45,143 nucleotides of DNA, from contig JBOGOE010000313.1 in NCBI GenBank assembly GCA_050747445.1, forward strand, positions 1 through 45,143, written 5' to 3'. Below the pieces are notes generated by a model. The model searched no databases. It was not told the DNA's origin and saw nothing but the letters and a program-made list of their open reading frames with translations. The position numbers were made by a program, and so were the translations under genes. The first letter of the stretch is position 1, and every line of letters begins with the position of its first letter. This document shows positions 34,106 through 42,046 of the stretch, in pieces. This stretch comes from Candidatus Polarisedimenticolia bacterium. Lineage in GTDB: Bacteria; Acidobacteriota; Polarisedimenticolia; Gp22-AA2.

Positions 34106-35115
34106 CCGGCGCCACCGCCGGGGCTGCACCCGGCGGGGCGACGATCGCGCTCGACCTGCCGCCGTCCCGGCGGGGCGAGCGCCTCGATCGGGTCCTTGCC
34201 GCGCTGCTGCCGGATCTCAGCCGTGCCGGTCTGCAGCGTCTGATCCGGGAGGGCCGGGTTCGCGTGGACCAGGCTCCCGCACGGGCCGCCTACCGGGTGC
34301 GCGGCGGCGAGCAGGTGGCCGTCGACATGCCTTCGCCGGAGCCGGCCACGCTCCTGCCGGAGGCCCTGGCGCTCGACATCATCTTCCAGGATTCGGACCT
34401 GCTGGTCGTCAACAAGCCGGCGGGCATGGTGGTCCACCCGGGAGCCGGCCGCCGCGGAGGGACGCTGGCGAACGCCCTGCTTCATCTGGTCCCCGATCTG
34501 GCCGGGATCGGCGGGGTCCTGAGGCCGGGGATCGTCCACCGTCTCGACCGCGACACCTCCGGGGTGATGGTCGCCGCCAAGAACGACGCCGCGCAACGGG
34601 ACCTGTCCGCCCAGTTCAAGGCCCGCACCGTCAGGAAGACCTACGAGGCCCTCGTCTGGGGGAGACCGCGGCGCGCCGAGGGGCTGGTCGACCTCCCCAT
34701 CGGCCGTCACCCCACGGCCCGCGTGCGGATGGCGGTCCGGCCCGGTGGACGGATCGCCCGGACCGCCTACCGGACGGTGCGGATCCTCGGCCCCTTGACG
34801 TTCCTCGAAGCCTGTCCGGAGACCGGCAGGACGCACCAGATCCGGGTCCACCTGAGCCACATCGGTCATCCGATTGTCGGAGATCCGCTGTACGGTGGGG
34901 CACGGCCCCGCCCGCTGCCGGACGCCGGGGCCCGCTCCGCCCTGGAGGCCTACGACGGGCTGGCGCTGCACGCCCGGCGGCTGGAGTTCCGCCACCCGCG
35001 GACCCTCGAGCCGTGCGCGTTCGAGGCGCCGCGCCCGGCGCCCTTCGCGGCGCTGCTGGCGGCGCTGACCACCCGCCCGGTGGAGGACACTCCCCGCCCC
35101 GGCGGGAAACGATGA
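34102..35115 (+). CDS. rluD: RluA-family 23S rRNA pseudouridine synthase
   Basis: ATGA overlap with lgt. S4-like N-terminus. VVNKPAGMVVHPG, the catalytic HRLDRDTSGVMV motif and GRTHQIRVH. Confidence 0.9.
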   Translation: MTGATAGAAPGGATIALDLPPSRRGERLDRVLAALLPDLSRAGLQRLIREGRVRVDQAPARAAYRVRGGEQVAVDMPSPEPATLLPEALALDIIFQDSDLLVVNKPAGMVVHPGAGRRGGTLANALLHLVPDLAGIGGVLRPGIVHRLDRDTSGVMVAAKNDAAQRDLSAQFKARTVRKTYEALVWGRPRRAEGLVDLPIGRHPTARVRMAVRPGGRIARTAYRTVRILGPLTFLEACPETGRTHQIRVHLSHIGHPIVGDPLYGGARPRPLPDAGARSALEAYDGLALHARRLEFRHPRTLEPCAFEAPRPAPFAALLAALTTRPVEDTPRPGGKR

Positions 35116-35993
35116 AGCCCGTCTTCGCGATCCTGGGCGCCGGACGCCTCGGAAGCGCGCTGGGGCGTGTCCTCCTCCGGAGCGGGCTCCGTCCGGCGGG
35201 GATTTCCTGCCGCACCATGCGTTCGGCCCGACGGGCCGTCCGGTTCATCGGGGGCGGGGCCCCGGCGACCTCCAATGGACGCGCGGCGACGGGGGCCGGG
35301 ATGGTCCTGATCTGCACCCCCGATCGGGCCGTGGCGGAGGTGGCGTCCGATCTCGCCGGCTCTCCCGAGCTTCGATGGCGCGGGGTCGTGGTCGCGCATA
35401 CCAGCGGCGCCCTCGCATCGACGCTGCTCCAGCCGGTGGCGGCCCGCGGGGCACTGGTCGCCTCGCTCCACCCGCTCGCCAGCATCGCCGATCCGAAGGG
35501 GGGGTTGCTGCGGTTGCGCGGCATTCCCTTCGCCGTCGAAGGGGATCCGCGGGCGGTCCGCTTCCTGCGCCGCCTGGTCGCAGGCCTCGGAGGGGTGCCG
35601 GTCGCGATCCCCCGGGAGGCCAAGGCGCTCTACCACCTGATCGCCGTGCTGCTGTCGAACGACCTGGTGGCCTACCTGGACCTCGGGCTTAGGGCGGCGG
35701 AAGGACTCGGTCTGACGCGCCGGGAGGCCGCCCGGCTCTACCTGCCGCTGGTGCGGGGAACGCTGGAGAACGTCGCCCGGCTCGGTCCGGCGCGGGCCCT
35801 CACCGGACCGGTTTCGCGGGGGGACCTCGCGACCCTGCGGCTCCACGGGGAAGCGCTCCGCGCCCTGCCCGCCGATCTCCGCCGGCTGCACCGGATGCTG
35901 GGCCAGCGCTCGGCCACGCTCGCCCTCGAGGCGGGAACCATCACCCCCGAGACCGCGGCCCGCCTGGCACGCACCCTGTCAAGCCTGCCCTGA
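35112..35993 (+). CDS. Rossmann-fold NAD(P)-binding protein with DUF2520-like C-terminal domain
   Basis: ATGA overlap with rluD. The N-terminus FAILGAGRLGSALG is a GxGxxG dinucleotide fold. The family name is from memory. Confidence 0.55.
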   Translation: MKPVFAILGAGRLGSALGRVLLRSGLRPAGISCRTMRSARRAVRFIGGGAPATSNGRAATGAGMVLICTPDRAVAEVASDLAGSPELRWRGVVVAHTSGALASTLLQPVAARGALVASLHPLASIADPKGGLLRLRGIPFAVEGDPRAVRFLRRLVAGLGGVPVAIPREAKALYHLIAVLLSNDLVAYLDLGLRAAEGLGLTRREAARLYLPLVRGTLENVARLGPARALTGPVSRGDLATLRLHGEALRALPADLRRLHRMLGQRSATLALEAGTITPETAARLARTLSSLP

Positions 35994-36152
35994 ACCCGAC
36001 GGACTTGATCCACCCCTCTGCGGGGACTACCTTGGCACCGGAGAACTGGCCGGGTATGGGTGCGTCCGAATAAGAGGAGACAGATGCACCGCTCTCCGGA
36101 AGATACGTCGTGGTTCTGCGGACCGCGGGCCGGTGGAACGCGCGACGAGACC

Positions 36153-37049
36153 CTAAAAAAGATCCCTGCACACTCCGTTCGGGTAGTCTGGGGTGACCAG
36201 TCCTGGAAGATCGGCGCACTTCGTCGTCGGCTCCACCTGCTCGCGCAGCAGGCAGCAGGCACACTCATCACCCCTGCAGGCCGCCGAGGTTTCGGCCACG
36301 GTAATGATCGGCTGTTCGTGCCATCTGGTGATATTGCCCTTCCGGTCGACGGCGTCGAAGCTGAACTGATAGGTCGGGAGGTCTGTCGCCAGCTGCGGAA
36401 ACTGGTGCCGGTCCCGCATGAGGCAATCGTGGAACAGCACTCCAAGCGCGCCGCTGTCCGCGGTTCCGGCCGTGACGAAGGCAAAGTGGCGCGTGAAGCG
36501 ATCGTCTCCTGCAACCGCGTCATTGGTGTTGAGCTGATGGAAGGCCCCGGCGCAGGTGCACTCGTTGGTCATTTCGTCGATGGAGCAGTCCAGCGGCCCG
36601 AGCTGGCTGCTGGTCTGGGCTCTCATGAAGTTGTTGCTGCTGCCGTCGTCGTACATGACCAAGGTATGTTCCTCAATGTCGCCGGATGCGCCACTGTCGA
36701 CCTTGTGGAAGCTCGCGCCCATCAAAAGCACGTCGTTCAGTGCCGGCGTGGAGTCCGGATCGAGGACGCGCGCCTCCATCCGCACCTCGGTGTACTTGCC
36801 ACTGATGAAGATGCCCCCGTCGAGGACCGCACCCGGGATGGCATAGAAGGCACACATATAAGCAATCGTGAACTGCGTGTAGTCGCATTCGAACTCCGCC
36901 TGGGGCAGGGCTTGGAACGAAACACTCTCGATCACCGGCGGGCTGCCGAACACGCGCGTCTCGGGTGCCGTGTCCTGGGTCTTGCTGCAGCCGGCAACCG
37001 TAAGCGCCACCGTGCCGACCACGGCGGCCAACGTTCTCATAAACGACAT
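36153..37049 (-). CDS. orphan cysteine-rich lipoprotein (298 aa), unknown function
   Basis: ATG 37049 with AGGAGG 10 nt upstream. MSFMRTLAAVVGTVALTVAGCSK has a clear lipobox. The mature part has 12 further Cys, including CRGDECACC. TAG stop. Lower GC and more A/T-ending codons than the neighbours. Confidence 0.65.
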   Translation of the reverse strand: MSFMRTLAAVVGTVALTVAGCSKTQDTAPETRVFGSPPVIESVSFQALPQAEFECDYTQFTIAYMCAFYAIPGAVLDGGIFISGKYTEVRMEARVLDPDSTPALNDVLLMGASFHKVDSGASGDIEEHTLVMYDDGSSNNFMRAQTSSQLGPLDCSIDEMTNECTCAGAFHQLNTNDAVAGDDRFTRHFAFVTAGTADSGALGVLFHDCLMRDRHQFPQLATDLPTYQFSFDAVDRKGNITRWHEQPIITVAETSAACRGDECACCLLREQVEPTTKCADLPGLVTPDYPNGVCRDLF

Positions 37050-37169
37050 CGGGTGCTTGCCTCCTGGGCGAACGGGCCGTCCCGGGCGGGGACGGAAGGA
37101 GGGCGTCGGGCTGCCGAAACCCCTGAAAAGACGCCCCTTTCCGCCATCCTCAGGCACGAACGCGGCCTA

Positions 37170-37198
37170 AGTGTACGAAGACCCCCGGGGGCTGTCAA
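37170..37198 (-). promoter_or_regulatory. sigma-70-like promoter candidate for the Cys-rich lipoprotein gene
   Basis: Minus strand reads TTGACA-17 nt-TACACT. The spacer contains the 10-bp palindrome CCCCCGGGGG. The predicted leader of about 115 nt contains the hairpin CCGTCCC-GGGCG-GGGACGG (37077-37095). Confidence 0.4.
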
Positions 37199-37354
37199 GG
37201 ATGATTCCGGGTCGATCGCGGAGCGGATACAGCATCGTATCCGGAGACCCTGCGGCGTCGAGAAACCGACGCACGGCGGCGGCGCCACAAGGGTGCGATC
37301 CTGACCGGCAAGGCGGTCCTGAGCGGCGATCTGGCCGGGATCGGACTGGCCGAC

Positions 37355-38047
37355 GTGTTCAACCTTCTCGGCATGTCGAAAAAGGTCGGGGTGCTGCGCC
37401 TGACGCGCGGCGCGGAGAGCCGTTCGCTGTTCTGGGACAACGGCGAAATCGTCTTCGCACGCTCCAACTCGGTGCGCGACAGCCTCGGCAATTTCCTGGT
37501 CCGCAAGGGGATCATCACCCCCGAGCAGAACGCCGTGTCGGCCTCGAGGATCGACGAGGCGACGCGTCACGGAAAGGTCCTGGTGCGGATGGGATTCATC
37601 ACGGCGGACCAGCTCCTGTGGGCGGTCAAACAGCAGGTCCTGGAAATCGTCTACTCCCTGTTCCACTGGCGCGGCGGATTCTTCGAGTTCCTCGAAGGCG
37701 ACAGCGAGGTCCACGAGAAAATCACCCTGTCGATGTCGACGACCAAGATCATCATGGAGGGGGTCCACCGGCTCGACGAGTGGACCAAGATCCGCACCGT
37801 GTTCCCCGACGACACGATGGTCCTGGAGCCGGCGCTGGGTCCGGGCGAGGTGGCCGCCCGTCCCGATCTGAGCGCCGAGGACAAGAAGGCGTTCGCCCTG
37901 GTGGACGGGACACGGAGCCTGGAGGAGATCGTCGCGGTCGCCCGTCAGGGCGAGTTCGAGTCCTACGCGGCGCTGTTCAACCTCTACACCGCGGGGGCGG
38001 TGCGGGCGCGGGGCGCGGCGGCGCGCAACCGCAGCGTCGCCTCATGA
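37355..38047 (+). CDS. DUF4388 (PatA-N-like) domain protein
   Basis: FNLLGMSKKVGVLRLTRGAESRSLFWDNGEIVFA is the DUF4388 core. The domain signature continues upstream of the first canonical start (GTG 37355), so the true start is probably non-canonical near 37298-37301. Confidence 0.65.
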   Translation: MFNLLGMSKKVGVLRLTRGAESRSLFWDNGEIVFARSNSVRDSLGNFLVRKGIITPEQNAVSASRIDEATRHGKVLVRMGFITADQLLWAVKQQVLEIVYSLFHWRGGFFEFLEGDSEVHEKITLSMSTTKIIMEGVHRLDEWTKIRTVFPDDTMVLEPALGPGEVAARPDLSAEDKKAFALVDGTRSLEEIVAVARQGEFESYAALFNLYTAGAVRARGAAARNRSVAS

Positions 38048-39433
38048 GGCCGGCGCGCGCTCCAGCAGGACCACGCATTCGAGGTGGTGCGTGTGGGGGA
38101 ACAGATCGATCGGCACCGCGCGGACCAGCCTGAACCCGGCGGCGACGAACCCCCCGACATCGCGCGCCAGGGTCGCGGGATCACAGGACACGTAGACCAG
38201 ACGCGGTGGACCGGTCGGCGCCAGCGACTGCAGGACGCCGGGAACGAGCCCGGCGCGGGGCGGATCGACGAGCCCGGCGTCGAACCGCTCACCGGCGAGC
38301 ACGGGTGGCAGCACCACCGCCGCGTCCCCCTGGACCAGACGCACGTTCGCGCATCCGGCGGCCGCCAGGTTGTCCCGGGCGGCGCCCACCGCCGCCCGCG
38401 AGCCCTCGATCGCCGTGACCTCCGCGGCGCTCCGGGCCAGCGACACGGTGAAGAACCCGACCCCGGCGTAGATCTCCAGGACCCGTTCCCCGGCCGCCGG
38501 GGTGAGGAGCTCCAGAGCGGTCCGGCGGAGGAGCGCCAGCCCCGCCGTGTTCGGCTGGAAGAACGACTCCGCCGGGATGCGGTAGCGATCCCCGTCGATC
38601 TCCTCGAACAGGTGATCCCGTCCGGCCAGGATCGACTCCTCGACCAGGGTCCCGTCCCGGTCGAAGGCGCGACGGACGACCCCCACGATCCGCGGGTGCC
38701 GGCGCTGCAGCTCCCGCACCAGCGCCGCCAGCTCGGGAGGGTCCCCCCGGCCGGTCTCCAGGACCGCCAGGACCTCGCCGGTCGAACGGGCCGTCCGCAG
38801 CGTCGCGCGGCGCAGGAGACCCCGACCGGAGCGCGCGTCCCAGGTCGACAGCCCCCTCCCGCGGGCCAGGAGGGCGAGGGTGTTGCGCACCGCGTTGGCT
38901 TCGCGGGGCAGCACCCGGCAGTCCTCGATCGCCTGGATCCGGGCCGCGTCCGCGCGGTGGTGGAGGCCGAGGACGGCGGCACCCGAAGCGTCCCGGCCCC
39001 AGTCGAAATCCATCCGACCGCGATACTCCGAAGAGGCGCCCGCGAGCAGGGCCGGCGCCACGACCGGATCCGGCACCCGTGCGACGCGGCGCAGCAACGC
39101 GTCCACCTGGTCCCGCTTGGCGCGCGCCTGCGCCGCCACCGCCAGGTGCTGGAGATCGCACCCGCCGCAGGGACCGTAATGCCGGCACGGCGGGTCCACC
39201 CGGTCGGAGGAAGGGTGCAGCACGGCCTCGCACGATGCCTCCGCGAACCCACGCCGCACCCGTCTGACCCGCGCGCGCACGCGCTCGCCGGGCAGCGCCC
39301 CCTCCACGAACACCACGAACCCGTCGGCGCGCGCCACCCCCTTCCCCCCGAACGCCAGGTCCTGGATGACGACCTCCAGCCGGTCGCCCGCGATCAGCGG
39401 CGGTCCCGAGCCCGGCGTCCGCCCCGCGCTCAT
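38042..39433 (-). CDS. rlmD: 23S rRNA (uracil-5-)-methyltransferase, RlmD/TrmA family (TRAM, Fe-S cysteines, SAM-dependent methyltransferase)
   Basis: TRAM-like N-terminus (VVIQDLAFGGKGVAR), Cys cluster C..CGGC, FFQPN, EIYAGVGFFT, DPPRAG, YVSCDP. Confidence 0.85.
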   Translation of the reverse strand: MSAGRTPGSGPPLIAGDRLEVVIQDLAFGGKGVARADGFVVFVEGALPGERVRARVRRVRRGFAEASCEAVLHPSSDRVDPPCRHYGPCGGCDLQHLAVAAQARAKRDQVDALLRRVARVPDPVVAPALLAGASSEYRGRMDFDWGRDASGAAVLGLHHRADAARIQAIEDCRVLPREANAVRNTLALLARGRGLSTWDARSGRGLLRRATLRTARSTGEVLAVLETGRGDPPELAALVRELQRRHPRIVGVVRRAFDRDGTLVEESILAGRDHLFEEIDGDRYRIPAESFFQPNTAGLALLRRTALELLTPAAGERVLEIYAGVGFFTVSLARSAAEVTAIEGSRAAVGAARDNLAAAGCANVRLVQGDAAVVLPPVLAGERFDAGLVDPPRAGLVPGVLQSLAPTGPPRLVYVSCDPATLARDVGGFVAAGFRLVRAVPIDLFPHTHHLECVVLLERAPAS

Positions 39434-39486
39434 GCGGGTCGCACCGCGGCCCCCGCGGAACCGACGCCTGTCCCTGAGCGCGCGCC

Positions 39487-39515
39487 TTGTCCCCTGGCGC
39501 TCACGGACCTATATT
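39487..39515 (+). promoter_or_regulatory. sigma-70-like promoter candidate for the LOG-family gene
   Basis: TTGTCC-17 nt-TATATT, about 38 nt upstream of ATG 39553. This argues against the longer ORF-track start at 39487. Confidence 0.4.
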
Positions 39516-39552
39516 CCCGCAGCCGCCCGCCGTCCGGGTGACGGAGCGTTCC

Positions 39553-40302
39553 ATGCGCCGGATGCCGACCACCGTGACCCTCCCCGATCAGCTGTCCGCG
39601 GAACCCCGCGCCACGGGCGCCCGGCGGGGATTGTCGATGAAGGACGTCGCTCCCAAGGACACCTGGACGGTGTTCAAGATCATGGGCGAGTTCGTCGAGG
39701 GATTCGAGACGCTGCGCAAGGTCGAGCCCGCCGTATCGATCTTCGGCGGCTCGCGGGTGCGCCGCGGCTCGCGGCACTACCGCAAGGCGGTGCAGGTGTC
39801 GCAGGCTCTCGCCCGCGAGGGATTCTCGATCATCACCGGCGGCGGACCGGGAATCATGGAGGCGGCCAACCTGGGCGCCCGCCGCGGCGGCGGGCTGTCG
39901 ATCGGCCTCAATATCCGGCTTCCCTTCGAGCATCGGCCGAACCGCCACATCGACACCCTGGTGAACTTCAACTATTTCTTCGCGCGCAAGGTGATGTTCA
40001 TCAAGTACGCCTGCGCCTACGTCGTCTTCCCGGGTGGCTACGGCACGCTCGACGAGGCGTTCGAGGCGCTCACCCTGGTGCAGACCCACAAGATCGACAA
40101 CTTCCCCGTCATCATGATCGGCCGCGAGTACTGGAAGGGCCTGCTGCGCTGGATCCACAGCGAAATGCTGCGGGGCGGCATGATCACGCGCGACGACCTC
40201 CGGCTGTTCACCGTGAGCGACGATCCCCAGGAAGTCTGCGATCTGGTGCGCGAGGGGTACCGCCGACGGCTGCGGGACCGGGGCGAGCGCCGGGCCTCCT
40301 GA
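39553..40302 (+). CDS. LOG-family (TIGR00730) nucleotide phosphoribohydrolase
   Basis: VSIFGGSR, ITGGGPGIMEAAN and PGGYGTLDE motifs. Confidence 0.85.
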   Translation: MRRMPTTVTLPDQLSAEPRATGARRGLSMKDVAPKDTWTVFKIMGEFVEGFETLRKVEPAVSIFGGSRVRRGSRHYRKAVQVSQALAREGFSIITGGGPGIMEAANLGARRGGGLSIGLNIRLPFEHRPNRHIDTLVNFNYFFARKVMFIKYACAYVVFPGGYGTLDEAFEALTLVQTHKIDNFPVIMIGREYWKGLLRWIHSEMLRGGMITRDDLRLFTVSDDPQEVCDLVREGYRRRLRDRGERRAS

Positions 40303-40348
40303 GCCGCGGGCCCCCGCCGGGCCGGTCTCCCGCGCCGAATCCGGGCTC

Positions 40349-40792
40349 CTAGTGGACGCGGCCCGGCTCGGACGCAGGCGAATCGTCGAGGAGCGGGCGA
40401 CGGCCCGCGAAGCCTTCGGGAATCCGGTGCCAGTGTCCGACCTGGCGCTCGCCGAACTTCCAGCACAGGAACACGATCTCGTTGTTGAACAGGCAGGGGA
40501 AGTCGATCAACCCCGCCTCGGGCCCGTTGACCAGGCAGCCGTTGGAGTGGATCCGCTCGATCAGCCCCTTGACCTGCGTGAACAGCCGGGGGGCCTGACC
40601 GCGATCCTCGAGGCGCTTCGACAGCTCCGGGCTGCCGGGCGGCAGGTTCGCCTCCGCGGCCGCCGCCTCGATCTCGGCCCGGATCTCCTTGAACGCCTGC
40701 AGCATCTCCTGGACGATCGGTTCGAGGTTCGGGAGGAGCGCGTTGGCCTCTTCGACGGTGAACAACCGGGTCCCCGTGGTCGATTCGCTCAT
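40349..40792 (-). CDS. DUF2203 domain protein
   Basis: ATG 40792. LFTVEEANALLP...GLIDFPCLFNNEIVFLCWKFGERQVGHWH..GFAGRRPL matches my memory of DUF2203. Confidence 0.55.
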   Translation of the reverse strand: MSESTTGTRLFTVEEANALLPNLEPIVQEMLQAFKEIRAEIEAAAAEANLPPGSPELSKRLEDRGQAPRLFTQVKGLIERIHSNGCLVNGPEAGLIDFPCLFNNEIVFLCWKFGERQVGHWHRIPEGFAGRRPLLDDSPASEPGRVH

Positions 40793-40877
40793 GACGTCCG
40801 CTCCGCTCCGGATTCTAGGGGCCTGTCCCGCGAAAGGCAATGGGCCCTCCGCCCCACGGCCGGTCCGGGACGGGGGC

Positions 40878-41297
40878 CTACTCCCCGAGAAACGTCATCT
40901 CCAGCCGCCGGCTGCGCGGGCCGTCGGCCTCCAGCAGGAGACAGCTCTGCCAAGTCCCCAGCCGCAGCGCGCCGTCCTCGATCGGCACCGTGACCGAGTG
41001 TCCGGCGAGGGCGGCGAACAGGTGCGCCCTGGCATTGTCGTCGATCCGGTCGTGCGCGAAGCCGCCGGCCGGCTCGACGGTGCCCGGCAGCTCCGCCGCG
41101 AGCCGGGCCAGGTCGCCGGCGAGCCCCGCCTCATCCTCGTTGAGCACGAGGGCGCACGTCGTGTGGGGGACCGAAACCAGGACGAGACCGCGGCGCAGGC
41201 CCGAGTCGGCCAGCGCGCGCCGCACGGCGCCGGTCACGTTGACCACGGCGAACCGCGAGGGCGTGGCCACCTCGGCGGATGCGGCGGCGGTGCGCAC
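40878..41297 (-). CDS. yjbQ: YjbQ/UPF0047 family protein (secondary thiamine-phosphate synthase)
   Basis: 139 aa. GLVLVSVPHTTCALVLNE, HDRIDDNARAHL and GTWQSCLLLE motifs. Confidence 0.85.
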   Translation of the reverse strand: MRTAAASAEVATPSRFAVVNVTGAVRRALADSGLRRGLVLVSVPHTTCALVLNEDEAGLAGDLARLAAELPGTVEPAGGFAHDRIDDNARAHLFAALAGHSVTVPIEDGALRLGTWQSCLLLEADGPRSRRLEMTFLGE

Positions 41298-41305
41298 CGG
41301 ACGCC

Positions 41306-41896
41306 CTACTTGCCCCCCTTGGTGATGAAGGACAGTCCGACCGCGAGATCGAAGGTCAGTTGTCCCTCCTTGGGCACCGCACCCCCCTCACCGCGCCAGT
41401 GGCTCAGGGATCCGTCCACGCGGAACGCCAGCCGCTCCGTGAAGAAGGCCCTCATCCCGCCACCGAAACGAAGCAGCGTGGCCGTGTCTTCCGCCGAGGG
41501 ACCGCCGGTGGAGCTCGCCTCGACCGCGATGCGGCCCAGACCGCCTCTGAGGAACGGGGACAGCTTCGGGCTCGCCTTCGGCGTGAAATTGCGGATCCAG
41601 CTGACCACCATCCGATCCACGTCGAAGCTGACGCCGTCCACCTCGGAGTGATCCGTGCTCACGCGCGTCAGCTCGAATTCCAGCGCGTCCAGGGCCCTGA
41701 AGGAGTAGCCGGCGCGCACCCCGTATCCGATGTCTTCGTCGATCGTGCTTTCGTTGGGGAAGCGGGAATACAGCACCGCGCCGCCGAATTCCCACGACCC
41801 GTCCTCGCTGCGCGCCCTCGCCTCCCCCGCGCCCGCAAGGACCATCACCAACGCCACCAGCGGCCGCCCCGCAAACCGGCGCCATGCACCCCGCAT
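41306..41896 (-). CDS. small outer-membrane beta-barrel protein (OmpA-N/OmpW-like, about 8 strands)
   Basis: ATG 41896 with GAGGAGG upstream. Signal peptide MRGAWRRFAGRPLVALVMVLAGAGEARA, then alternating-hydrophobicity strands with aromatic girdles (WEFGGAVLYSRF, GYGVRAGYSF, RAFFTERLAFRVDG). Confidence 0.65.
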   Translation of the reverse strand: MRGAWRRFAGRPLVALVMVLAGAGEARARSEDGSWEFGGAVLYSRFPNESTIDEDIGYGVRAGYSFRALDALEFELTRVSTDHSEVDGVSFDVDRMVVSWIRNFTPKASPKLSPFLRGGLGRIAVEASSTGGPSAEDTATLLRFGGGMRAFFTERLAFRVDGSLSHWRGEGGAVPKEGQLTFDLAVGLSFITKGGK

Positions 41897-42010
41897 GCTC
41901 GTCGACCTCCTCGTTTGCCCCGCGGCCTGCCCTCCGGACCGGCGGGTCCGCGCAGTATGTGCAAAGGGGGGCGGTCGGATCAACAGGGAACCACCGGCCG
42001 CCACGGTGTA

Positions 42011-42039
42011 TTGACAGCGCCCCTCCGACACGGTACAGA
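42011..42039 (+). promoter_or_regulatory. sigma-70-like promoter candidate immediately upstream of the Omp85-family gene
   Basis: TTGACA-17 nt-TACAGA ends only 7 nt before ATG 42047, which implies a leaderless or near-leaderless mRNA if the promoter is functional. Confidence 0.3.
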
Positions 42040-42046
42040 GCCGCGG

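Noticed and set aside
35957-36060. Two TGGCAC hexamers on the plus strand (about 35964 and about 36040) that look like sigma-54 -24 boxes
   Set aside because: Neither has a TTGC -12 element at the required N5 spacing, and neither lies upstream of a plus-strand gene.
36060-37304. 414-aa plus-strand ORF preceded by a strong AGGAG-like motif (AAGAGGAGACAG ATG at about 36072-36086)
   Set aside because: It is antisense to the Cys-rich lipoprotein gene. The translation is Arg/His/Gly/Ala-rich without hydrophobic periodicity, whereas the minus-strand product has a lipobox, a balanced composition, and its own RBS and promoter. I kept the minus-strand gene.
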